From positions 2,560,001-2,624,000 of the forward strand of contig OZ242029.1 in assembly GCA_965205015.1 (NCBI GenBank): DNA of 64,000 nt. The letters run 5' to 3'. Source of the DNA: Candidatus Poribacteria bacterium (GTDB lineage Bacteria > Poribacteria > WGA-4E > WGA-3G). This document shows, one piece after another, positions 17,728 through 26,452 of the stretch. Within the stretch, counting starts at the first letter, position 1; each line of letters starts with the position of its first letter. Made by a program: the position numbers and the translations under genes. A model generated the notes under the pieces. The model searched no databases. It was not told the DNA's origin and saw only the letters and a list, made by a program, of their open reading frames with translations.

Positions 17728-19422
17728 ATGCCCACACTCGATTTCAAAGGTAAACAGTTCATTTACGGACACCACCTCACCGTTCCCATCAGTACTATAG
17801 AGATAGATGCAGATAAATCCTTTACTGGCGAAAACGAGCCATCACTCAATGATAACCTTATTATCCACAGTGACAACCTACACGCCCTGAAAGCACTTCT
17901 CCCGAAATACGCTGGCAAAATCAAGTGTATCTACATCGATCCTCCGTATAATACCGGCAACGAAAGTTGGGTCTATAACGACAACGTCAACAGTCCCTTA
18001 ATGCAAGCGTGGTTGGAGAAACACAGCCCGATTGATAACGAAGACTTGGAACGTCATGATAAATGGTTGTGTATGATGTGGCCCCGACTCCACTTATTGC
18101 ATGAATTGCTGTCCGATGATGGTGTTATTTTTATCTCAATTGATGACAATGAACAACATCGCTTGCAGATGCTGATGGACGAGATTTTTGGATTAGAGAA
18201 TTCTATTGCACAAATAGTTGTACAGACAAATCCACGTGGACGTTCTTTGAAACAATATATCGCGCAAACTCACGAATATGTTCTAATGTACGCTAAAGAT
18301 ATAAAGATGACGGAAGTTTATAAAATTCCGAAAACAGAAAAATCTCTTTCAGAATACAATAAAGAGGATAAGGACGGTTCCTATCGTCTTTTACGTTTAC
18401 GAAATACTGGAGTCCAATTTTTCAATCGGAAGACCCGCCCTAATTTATTTTTTCCTATCTATGTCAACCCAATAACTGGAGATACTTCTCTTATTCCGAG
18501 TGTGGATTTTTCTATTGAAGTTTTGCCAATAACTGACGATGGAGTGGAAGGGTGTTGGACTTGGGGCAAAGAAAAAATTAACGAAGCTCCAGGGTTGATT
18601 GTGGCTCAAAAAGTCCAAAATGGTAAATGGCGGATTTACCGTAAAGACTATTTAAAAGGCGAAAGTCTGCTGACGATGCCTAAATCTCTTTTGACCGGTA
18701 CAGAGGTTAATCATGAGGTTGGTAAGGAAATGCTAAGGAAATTATTTTCCGCTGCTCCTTTTGCGTATCCCAAATCAACAGAACTTATAGCAAATTTAGT
18801 ACGGATCGCTTGTAAGGATGATGCGATTGTTCTTGATTCCTTTGCAGGCAGCGGCACCACCGCTCATGCTGTCCTCGCACTTAACAAAGAGGATGGTGGA
18901 AACCGAAAGTTTATCCTCGTTGAATGCGAAGACTATGCAGACACCATCACCGCTGAACGCGTCCGCCGTGTTATCAACGGCGTTGAAAATGCCAAAGATG
19001 AGACACTTCAGAACGGCTTAGGTGGTTCCTTCACCTACTGCACCCTCGGTGAACCTATTGACGAGGAAGGCATGCTCACTGGCGAAAATCTTCCGACCTA
19101 CGAGGCTTTAGCGGACTATATCGCCTATACTGCCACCGGGAGTGCGTTGACTTCCATGGCAAAACGGGAAGATTATTACTTCGGCGAAACTAACAACATC
19201 CGTTTCTATCTCATCTATGAACCGACACTACAATTTCTGGAGAGCAATAGGTCTGCGTTAGATGGCGAACGTGCAGAGCAGATCGCCAAGGTGTGCAAAG
19301 AGAGGGGTAAAAAGGCTTACGTCTATGCACCGCAGAAGTTCATCAGTCAGAAAGAGTTGACAGATATGGGGATTACCTTCTGCCAGCTGCCCTACAACAT
19401 CCATCGCCTTGCCGACGTGTAG
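17728..19422 (+). CDS. mod: Type III RM adenine methyltransferase Mod, copy 2
   Basis: DPPY and FAGSGTT motifs; N/C termini closely match copy 1, central TRD different. Confidence 0.9.
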   Translation: MPTLDFKGKQFIYGHHLTVPISTIEIDADKSFTGENEPSLNDNLIIHSDNLHALKALLPKYAGKIKCIYIDPPYNTGNESWVYNDNVNSPLMQAWLEKHSPIDNEDLERHDKWLCMMWPRLHLLHELLSDDGVIFISIDDNEQHRLQMLMDEIFGLENSIAQIVVQTNPRGRSLKQYIAQTHEYVLMYAKDIKMTEVYKIPKTEKSLSEYNKEDKDGSYRLLRLRNTGVQFFNRKTRPNLFFPIYVNPITGDTSLIPSVDFSIEVLPITDDGVEGCWTWGKEKINEAPGLIVAQKVQNGKWRIYRKDYLKGESLLTMPKSLLTGTEVNHEVGKEMLRKLFSAAPFAYPKSTELIANLVRIACKDDAIVLDSFAGSGTTAHAVLALNKEDGGNRKFILVECEDYADTITAERVRRVINGVENAKDETLQNGLGGSFTYCTLGEPIDEEGMLTGENLPTYEALADYIAYTATGSALTSMAKREDYYFGETNNIRFYLIYEPTLQFLESNRSALDGERAEQIAKVCKERGKKAYVYAPQKFISQKELTDMGITFCQLPYNIHRLADV

Positions 19423-19449
19423 TAAGCGGTTTGCATTGTGTCTATTTAC

Positions 19450-19478
19450 TTGACCTCACTATAAATTTATGCTATACT
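19450..19478 (+). promoter_or_regulatory. Sigma70-type promoter of the PIN gene
   Basis: TTGACC-17 nt-TATACT with extended -10 TG. Confidence 0.65.
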
Positions 19479-19751
19479 TATTAGTAGCATCTACTTAAAG
19501 GAGGACGGGACTGATCGGAAAGCAAAGAATTTATGAAAACTAAGCCCCGTATTTACGTAGAAACTTCGGTCATTAGTTATCTCACTTCAAGAGCAAGTCG
19601 TGATTTTATTGTCTCTATGTGTCAGCAGATAACTCGCTATTGGTGGGACAACGTCGCGAATCGAAAATTTGAGCTCGTTTCTTCAGCAGTTGTTAGACAG
19701 GAAATCAGTCGGGGAAATACAGACGCAGCACAACAGCGTCTTGACATATTA

Positions 19752-20663
19752 TAGTAAAGTCGATAATTAGTTATACACTTTTATAATTTGTTCAATAGAT
19801 GTTTCAGGGGTGTATTGATAGCGTCGCTTAATGTTAGCAAAGTCCTTCTCAATGGGGTTCAACTCCGGAGAATACGGCGGCAAAAATAATAAACTCGTCC
19901 CCGTTTGGGCAATCAACTGTGCTGTCTCCGACCCCTTGTGGAAGGAGGCATTATCCATAATCACGACGTGTTTCTCATCAAGCAAAGGACATAACTGATG
20001 CTCTAACCACGCATTGAAGGCAAGCGTATCAGAGGCACCTTGAAAAAGCACAGGAGCGGTAAAACGATCTCCAATGCGTGCGGCAATCAAAGAGGTAGAT
20101 TCATACCGATGTGAACCCGATATTTTATCCCTGACGCAGACGCCCCTCGGGGCGTAAGCATACCGACGGATATCTGAAGTCGGGAAACCGCTTTCATCAA
20201 TATAAACGGGCGTTTTCCCCCCGACCCGAACTTCAGCATCAAACGCATCAAAATAGACTTGGCGTTTTTCGACAGACTGTTCTTTATACGTTAGTGTCTT
20301 TTTTTTCGCGTGATGTTGAGTTTGCCAAGCGCATAGTTGATACAACTCTTGGAAATCCCAAAGTGGGTAGCACGTTCGAGTTGGGTGTGGTCAGGAAAAT
20401 CAGCGACATGTTGCCGAAGGGCGTTGTAGTCAAGTCGATGAGGCCCCCGGGGCCCCGGCTTTCGACGACTCAACGGGTCTTCGGCAGCTAACCATTTATA
20501 GATACACGTCCGAGACACCTTATAGGTGCGTGAGGCTTCGGATTTACTGCCACCATCACTGAGAAAATCAAGCACGCATTTGCGTAAATCTGATGAATAA
20601 CTCATAAGACTTAGAGTCTTACATTCACTCAAAAATATGTCAACTTATTTTTCGACTTCACTA
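19752..20663 (-). mobile_element. IS630-family insertion sequence
   Basis: TA duplication at 19750-51 and 20664-65; imperfect TIRs TAGTAAAGTCGA / TAGTGAAGTCGA. Confidence 0.92.
19767..20605 (-). CDS. IS630 transposase (HTH ORF + DDE ORF, probably joined by -1 frameshift)
   Basis: MSYSSDLRK HTH; A8G run at 20299-20306; YIDESG, IMDNASFH, PELNPIE. Confidence 0.88.
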
Positions 20664-20689
20664 TAAAAGCAATCACCGTATTAGAAACC

Positions 20690-20900
20690 GTTGTGTAGGA
20701 CTTATACAAATCTCACAAATATGGTAAAATGTATACGAATCTATACACATCTGACATATTTGCTTGAGTGTTGCCATACTTCCTGCTTCGTCGTTTCGTG
20801 CCTCTCTATTGAGGTCTTACCGAAACTCGACAGGCGTTTAGCGTCTCCGCGCAACTCGTGGCGACGTGTGAAGGTCAAGCGGGACAGAGATTGATTGCAG
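20690..20900 (-). ncRNA. Putative TnpB omega/reRNA scaffold
   Basis: Non-coding right end downstream of tnpB with GTAAGACC...GGCA...GAAGCAGGAA pattern; position as in known TnpB loci; 5' boundary approximate. Confidence 0.55.
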
Positions 20901-21972
20901 CGTTCAAATCACGGTCCATATCCATACCACAGACGTCGCAGTGATATTGCCTATCTGAAAGCGTTAGGTCTTTTTTCTTCTGTCCACAACGGCTACAGGT
21001 CTTACTCGAAGCAAAGAATCTATCTGCTTCGGTTATCGGTATCCCGCGTCTCTCTGCTTTATATTTCAGCATAGTTAGAAAGCGAGAGAGTGCCGAGTCT
21101 GAGAGGGCTTTAGCAAGTTTCCGATTACGTAGAAGTCCGCTGATATTCAGCATTTCTATACCGATAGCACTGGACCTGCGGACGATCTTTGTCGTCGCTT
21201 GGTGGTGAGCGTCTTCACGGATATTAGAGATGCGATGATGCACACCGCCAAGTCGTTTTTTGGCTTTATACCAGTTCTTTGACCCAAGCACCTTACGCGA
21301 TAATGACCGATTCGCACGTGCTAACTTTCGCTCATATCGCTTCAGGGGGCGTGGATTCTCGTAGGTATCACCATTAGAACAGGTCGCCAGTGTATTGATA
21401 CCTACATCAATACCCATCGGTGCTTTCTCTTGTTTTTCAAAGAGAGAGGGTTGGTGTTTGTAGTTGTTGCTATCGCACCGCACGAGAAGAGAGGCATACC
21501 ATTTATCGTTGCGTCTTGAGATAGACACTCTCGTGATTTCGCCTGTGTATCGGAGGTCCTCACGCATGCGGACCCACCCGATTTTCGGCAGGTGGATACG
21601 CTTTTTGTGGACTTCTACAGTTCCGGCTCCATTGTCTGCTTGGTATGAACATTTACCACTTCGTTTCTTACGGACGGGGAACCTGTTTTGTCCTTTTTTC
21701 CAGCGGGTGAGGGCGTCTCCGAAGTTGTGGATAGCATTCTTGGAGGCATTTTGGGATAACTCTGAACACCAAGGGAACAAATCACGCTTGACGGCATTGA
21801 ACTCACGCTTTATATCCACATGGCTGCGCCATTCGCCTTGTTTCTGTCCCGATTGGAAAGACGACGCGGCGAAGTTATACGCAACACGAGCATAGCCAGC
21901 GTGCTGTGCCATGAGCGTCGATTGTTTGTTATTCGGATTCAGTTCTATCTGCTGGGCTCGGAGAACTTCCAA
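20875..21972 (-). CDS. tnpB: RNA-guided endonuclease TnpB
   Basis: RuvC GIDVG / IGIEML / DRDLNAAINL; zinc finger CSRC..CDVC. Confidence 0.93.
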   Translation of the reverse strand: MEVLRAQQIELNPNNKQSTLMAQHAGYARVAYNFAASSFQSGQKQGEWRSHVDIKREFNAVKRDLFPWCSELSQNASKNAIHNFGDALTRWKKGQNRFPVRKKRSGKCSYQADNGAGTVEVHKKRIHLPKIGWVRMREDLRYTGEITRVSISRRNDKWYASLLVRCDSNNYKHQPSLFEKQEKAPMGIDVGINTLATCSNGDTYENPRPLKRYERKLARANRSLSRKVLGSKNWYKAKKRLGGVHHRISNIREDAHHQATTKIVRRSSAIGIEMLNISGLLRNRKLAKALSDSALSRFLTMLKYKAERRGIPITEADRFFASSKTCSRCGQKKKDLTLSDRQYHCDVCGMDMDRDLNAAINLCPA

Positions 21973-22603
21973 AACTTAACTCCAGTTGCGATTTTGCTTC
22001 TGCTACGATATTCTCTATTTGCTCTGCCATTTTCTTTGACTTATGGGAACGACGCCCATAAAGTTTGGCACAAAACACTGTCATGATTTCCATGACATCA
22101 TCAGTGAGTTCTTCTTCAAAAGAAGGGGGTTCGCCTTTATTGATAATCACAATCTCAATACCTTTGAGTTCACAGATACGAAATATCAAGTCCGCACCAA
22201 AGCGTAAAAGACGGTCTTTGTGAGTTAGCACAAGTCGTGACATTTTACCCTGCACAATCAGGTCTAAAAGGCGTACTAAGCCTTTATTGTTGTAGTTCAT
22301 ACCACTGCCAAGGTCTCTTATGATTTCAGTCTGCCACCCCTTCTTATTGCAAAACGCTTCAAGGACGGCGTGCTGACGCTCTAAATCCTCCTTCTGATCG
22401 CTACTGGAGACTCTGGCATAAGCAATGGTAGGATAGGAGTCGTCTTTAGCCCCTAATAACTCTTGGAGACTGTAGAGGCGAGTGCCTTTCGGAGTTCGCT
22501 TAAATGGCTTAATAACACCACCATCTTCCCAACGCCGGAGCGTTTGAGGATTCACACCGAGTATTTTAGCAGCTTCGCCAATCTTCACAAATCTGTCATT
22601 CAT
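21929..22603 (-). CDS. tnpA: IS607 serine transposase TnpA
   Basis: MerR-like HTH IGEAAKILGV..TLRRW; YARVSS; DLGSGMN; DRLLRFG; LYGRRS. Confidence 0.93.
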   Translation of the reverse strand: MNDRFVKIGEAAKILGVNPQTLRRWEDGGVIKPFKRTPKGTRLYSLQELLGAKDDSYPTIAYARVSSSDQKEDLERQHAVLEAFCNKKGWQTEIIRDLGSGMNYNNKGLVRLLDLIVQGKMSRLVLTHKDRLLRFGADLIFRICELKGIEIVIINKGEPPSFEEELTDDVMEIMTVFCAKLYGRRSHKSKKMAEQIENIVAEAKSQLELSFGSSPSPADRTESE

Positions 22604-22610
22604 ACTAATT

Positions 22611-22639
22611 ATTATAGTATTTTTACAAAGCTTTGTCAA
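22611..22639 (-). promoter_or_regulatory. tnpA promoter
   Basis: TTGACA-17 nt-TATAAT. Confidence 0.7.
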
Positions 22640-22973
22640 GAGAAAAATATCAATGTATAGATGTGAATAAGAATGTATAGATTTGACTATATTTTACTAT
22701 ATTTTTCGCTGCTGCAACTTGCCCCTTTAGCGGAGATGTATCCTCTTGCGGAGGATTTGGTTGCTGCCGGGGCTGTCCCGCTAAGAGCAAAAACAGACGC
22801 ACTTCATATTGCGATTGCGGCGATTCATGGTGTGGAATATCTGGCGACATGGAATTTTAAGCATATCGCGAACACAAACAAGTTACCTTTAATACACAAG
22901 GTGTGTGAAACCGCAGGTTATACGCCTACAACTATTTGCACCCCTTTGGAATTTTTGTGGGAGGCTTTTTGAA

Positions 22974-23204
22974 ATGTTCAAGGACCCAATTATTGAGGAA
23001 ATCCACCGGATCCGTGACGAATGGGCGGCTTCTTTCCAGTACGATTTACGGGCACTCTGTGAGGACATCAAACGGCAAGAGAAACGGGACTTTCTCACCG
23101 ATGAACACGGAAACTTCATAAAAAACGAAAAAGGAGGCTTGATTCTTAAGTCTAAAGTTGTTCGCGGGAAAACCTCCGGTTTCGAGAAGAAGCACCGTAG
23201 TTAA
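22974..23204 (+). CDS. Small protein following the PIN gene (putative antitoxin partner)
   Basis: MFKDPIIEEIHRIRDE; starts immediately after the PIN stop codon. Confidence 0.55.
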   Translation: MFKDPIIEEIHRIRDEWAASFQYDLRALCEDIKRQEKRDFLTDEHGNFIKNEKGGLILKSKVVRGKTSGFEKKHRS

Positions 23205-23288
23205 CCGACGTTGCTGCTTAGCGAATTCTAAACCCTAAGAATATAGAATTTTCTTCGTTGCATGTCTGCAAAAAGGAGGACGGAATCG

Positions 23289-23504
23289 GTGACACAAACC
23301 TACACCGCAGTCATCCAACAGGACGAAGGCTGGTGGATCGGGTGGATACAGGAAATTCCCGGTGTAAACGGCCAAGAACGGACGAAGGACGAATTGCTTG
23401 AATCGCTGCGAATTACGCTCCTCGAAATGATAGAATACAATCGCGAAGAGGCAATTCGCCGAACAGAGAGTGAGACTTTTGAGGAAGTTACGATCGCGCT
23501 ATGA
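23289..23504 (+). CDS. hicB: HicB-family antitoxin (short form)
   Basis: YTAVIQQDEGWWIGWIQEIPGVNGQERTKDELLESL; GTG start with AGGAGG RBS. Confidence 0.8.
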   Translation: MTQTYTAVIQQDEGWWIGWIQEIPGVNGQERTKDELLESLRITLLEMIEYNREEAIRRTESETFEEVTIAL

Positions 23505-23580
23505 AAGGGTGCGGTTAGGAAACCGTACTACCGAGTCTGGAGATTTGTGAATTTGAAAATTTACTGTAGGTGATGAAATA

Positions 23581-26223
23581 ATGGAACTGAAAGAGTACCA
23601 ACAACAGGCATTGGATGCGTTGGACCGCTATCTGGAGGCACTCAAGGAAGCACACCAACAAGCGGATAAAGCCACCGCATACCTTGCATCAGAGGGGATT
23701 CCGGACTTCCTGATAGAGCAGGCGGAGAATTTAGCAAGACAAGCAGAGGATTACCCACACATTGCTTGGGAAAGTTTACGACAAGCCGCTATATTGCCGG
23801 GCATCACGGATGCACAAGGACAGGACCGAATTCCAGAACACATCTCTCGTGAGAGTGCCGCCGGTGAACCGATTCCGCATGTCTGCTTAAAAGTCCCGAC
23901 GGGGGGTGGGAAGACTCTATTAGGTGTAGAGGCGGTGCGCCACTTGAAACTCGGTACAGGTTTTGTGCTATGGCTTGTCCCGACCAAAGCCATCTATACG
24001 CAAACGTGGGACGCTTTTCGCAACAAAGAACATCCGTATCGGCAAATTTTGGAACGTGCCTCCGGCGGTCGCGTTAAGCTCCTCGAAAAAGACGATAGGT
24101 TCACGAAGCAGGATATTGAGAATCATCTCTGTGTGATGCTCCTTATGCTCCCTGCCGCAAATCGGAACCGAAACAAAGAGTTCCTGAAGATTTTTCGAGA
24201 TAGTAGCGGTTATGCCTCGTTCTTTCCTGTCGAGGACGACGTGCGAGAGCATCAGGCACTCTCAGAAAAACATCCCGACCTTGAAACAGCAGAAGATGAT
24301 CAAACCGCACAACCCCGGCTCGCCAGAAACCCCAAAGACGCACTCATCAAACAGAGTCTTTTTAACGTCCTGAAGTTACTCCGTCCAACCGTGATTTTAG
24401 ATGAGGCGCATAAGGCTTACGGAAGTCCTGACATGGTCCGCAATAAAGGCTTTGTGGAAGCGGTAAATCGACTCAATCCTCGCTTCGTGTTGGAACTCTC
24501 CGCCACACCGAAACTCGGTATCAGCAACATCCTCGTCAATATCTCCGGTCTCACCCTGAAAGAAGAGGAGATGATGAAACTCCCGATTCAACTCCGAAAT
24601 TTCCCGAATTCCGATTGGAGATATACGCTCGGACAGACGAAAATAGAGCGCGATAGACTTGAAGGGGTAGCAAAGCAATTTCAGCAAACAGAGGACCGCT
24701 ATATCCGACCGATTGCTGTGATTCGTGTCGATCGGACCGGCAAAAACCAACGCGACGGTACGAAGGTCCATGCCGAGGATGCTCGTGAAGAACTCATTGA
24801 GGCATTAGGAGTGCCAGCGGAACAGATCAAGGTGAAATCATCAGAACAAGATGAACTCACAGGAATAGACCTCATGAGTCCCTTCTGTCCTGTCCGTTAT
24901 ATCATTACCAAAGATGCCTTGAAAGAGGGGTGGGACTGTCCGTTTGCTTACCTGCTTGCCCTTCTTGACAACACCACCGCACCGACAGCAATGACGCAGC
25001 TCATCGGGAGGGTGATGCGCCAACCCTACGCCCGTGTCACAAACCGACCGGAACTCGATAGTTGTTATATCTTCTGTTACAATCAGGAGGTCAAAGGGGC
25101 AGTAGAGAACGTCAAGAAAGGATTAGAGGCAGAAGGGTTGACAGAATTAGGCGACTTTGTTGAGGGGACGGGTGTGGAGCGCGTGCAGCGAACCATCGAA
25201 CGTAAACAGGAATACCGTGAGATAGACATCTTTCTACCGCGTGTTCTGCATAAGCAGGGACGAGGGTGGCGGGAACTCAATTATGAGCGGGACATCCTGA
25301 AGGCAATTGACTGGCATCAACTCGGTCCGGTAGCCCCTATCAACTTCGACGAGACGGCACCACTTCAAGAGATCCGTGCCACTATCCATCTCCAAGACGA
25401 AGCGGTAATTCATAAGAAATTGCAAGAGAGCGCGGCACATAACTTGGAGGTAGCGTTTTTCGTTCGGCGACTCGGCGATGTGCTGCCGAATCCGTGGCAC
25501 GCTGCACGCATCGTGAAAGCCACACTTGCTGCTTACCGGGAAGAAGGCGTTGGCGAAGATACGTTGTATACACACCGGTTGTATCTCTCCGAGCATTTGA
25601 AACGCTGTTTGCGCGATCGCATTGATAAGTTTGCTGAAGCCGTTTTTCGAGAGAAGTTGAAAGCCGGAGAAATCCAGTTTAACCTGGAAACAGATGTGGC
25701 GTTAAACTACCAACTGGAAAAAACGATTGCGATCAGTCTCACACCTGAAGCAAGGCCGATGATACATCCACACGGCGATCCGTTACAACTCAACCTTTTT
25801 GAACAGGTGTTTGAAGCGGAATTTAACAACTTGGAAACGGATTTTGCACTCTATTTGGACAAACAGAACGCGATTCAGTGGTGGCATCGCATTGCCGTGA
25901 AGCAGGGGTATTTCTTGCAAGGGTGGCGACGCGACCGCGTCTATCCCGATTTTATTGCGTGTCTCCAAAGGAGTGAAACGGGATCCCAACGGCTCTGTCT
26001 CTTTGAAACCAAAGGGCAGCACCTTGAAGGGAATCGGGACACTACGTATAAACAGCAGCTCATTGAAACGTTAGAGACAGCCTACCGAAACGCCACGCAA
26101 CACGGCACGATGAATATCACGGTGTCTAATAACAAAACGATGTCTTTCCGTATGTTATTTGAAGATTCGTGGTATGAAACGGTGAATGAAACCATCGCTG
26201 ATGTTTATAAGCAGAGTTCATGA
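23581..26223 (+). CDS. res: Type III restriction endonuclease Res (SF2 helicase + PD-(D/E)xK nuclease)
   Basis: PTGGGKT, DEAH, EGWDCP, QLIGRVMRQP, YPDFI...ETKG. Confidence 0.9.
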   Translation: MELKEYQQQALDALDRYLEALKEAHQQADKATAYLASEGIPDFLIEQAENLARQAEDYPHIAWESLRQAAILPGITDAQGQDRIPEHISRESAAGEPIPHVCLKVPTGGGKTLLGVEAVRHLKLGTGFVLWLVPTKAIYTQTWDAFRNKEHPYRQILERASGGRVKLLEKDDRFTKQDIENHLCVMLLMLPAANRNRNKEFLKIFRDSSGYASFFPVEDDVREHQALSEKHPDLETAEDDQTAQPRLARNPKDALIKQSLFNVLKLLRPTVILDEAHKAYGSPDMVRNKGFVEAVNRLNPRFVLELSATPKLGISNILVNISGLTLKEEEMMKLPIQLRNFPNSDWRYTLGQTKIERDRLEGVAKQFQQTEDRYIRPIAVIRVDRTGKNQRDGTKVHAEDAREELIEALGVPAEQIKVKSSEQDELTGIDLMSPFCPVRYIITKDALKEGWDCPFAYLLALLDNTTAPTAMTQLIGRVMRQPYARVTNRPELDSCYIFCYNQEVKGAVENVKKGLEAEGLTELGDFVEGTGVERVQRTIERKQEYREIDIFLPRVLHKQGRGWRELNYERDILKAIDWHQLGPVAPINFDETAPLQEIRATIHLQDEAVIHKKLQESAAHNLEVAFFVRRLGDVLPNPWHAARIVKATLAAYREEGVGEDTLYTHRLYLSEHLKRCLRDRIDKFAEAVFREKLKAGEIQFNLETDVALNYQLEKTIAISLTPEARPMIHPHGDPLQLNLFEQVFEAEFNNLETDFALYLDKQNAIQWWHRIAVKQGYFLQGWRRDRVYPDFIACLQRSETGSQRLCLFETKGQHLEGNRDTTYKQQLIETLETAYRNATQHGTMNITVSNNKTMSFRMLFEDSWYETVNETIADVYKQSS

Positions 26224-26251
26224 AACTTTCTGTCCTATAAATTCTTAAAAT

Positions 26252-26365
26252 TATGGTAAACCCGAAAAATAAAGACCTTTCAGTGGAACAGTCCCCTTGT
26301 ACCACTGGCGAGGTTTCCTAACCTCGCCGACGCAAAGGGTTTAATTAATTCTAATATCTACCCTA
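26252..26365. mobile_element. IS630-type MITE with internal hairpin
   Basis: TATGGTAAACCCGAAAAATAA resembles the IS630 end TATAGTGAAGTCGAAAAATAA; same GGCGAGGTTTCCTAACCTCGCC hairpin; TA-bounded. Confidence 0.6.
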
Positions 26366-26394
26366 AATGACCCTATTCAATCGCCTATTTTGAT

Positions 26395-26423
26395 TTGACA
26401 TCACTGCGAATTCGTGCTATACT
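26395..26423 (+). promoter_or_regulatory. Sigma70-type promoter
   Basis: TTGACA-17 nt-TATACT with extended -10 TG. Confidence 0.7.
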
Positions 26424-26452
26424 TTTTTCATCGTCTCAAAGGAGGAAAACAG

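Larger units (their letters stand above)
20688..22723 (-). mobile_element. IS607-family element (tnpA + tnpB)
   Basis: GG core at both ends (CC at 20688-89 and 22722-23), no TSD, short repeated motifs near both ends. Confidence 0.9.
19533..22972 (+). pseudogene. PIN-domain (VapC-like) toxin interrupted by IS630 and IS607
   Basis: Segments 19533-19751 + 20666-20689 + 22724-22972 join in frame: IYVETSVISYL...RLDILKAITVLETPLAEMYPLAEDL...DALHIAIA...TWNFKHIAN. Confidence 0.88.

Noticed and set aside
13129-19422. Simple-sequence-repeat phase variation of mod (phasevarion)
   Set aside because: No SSR or long homopolymer tract seen in either mod ORF.
20291-20345. IS630 transposase as a pseudogene
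   Set aside because: The split at an A8G run is typical of frameshift-expressed IS630 members; the DDE residues and TIRs are intact.
20688-22723. IStron (group I intron-IS607 chimera)
   Set aside because: Only about 120 bp lie between the left end and tnpA, too short for an intron core, and the element is antisense to the host gene.
22673-22972. Independent 99-aa gene
   Set aside because: Its first 17 codons are IS607 end sequence; the rest is the 3' half of the PIN gene.
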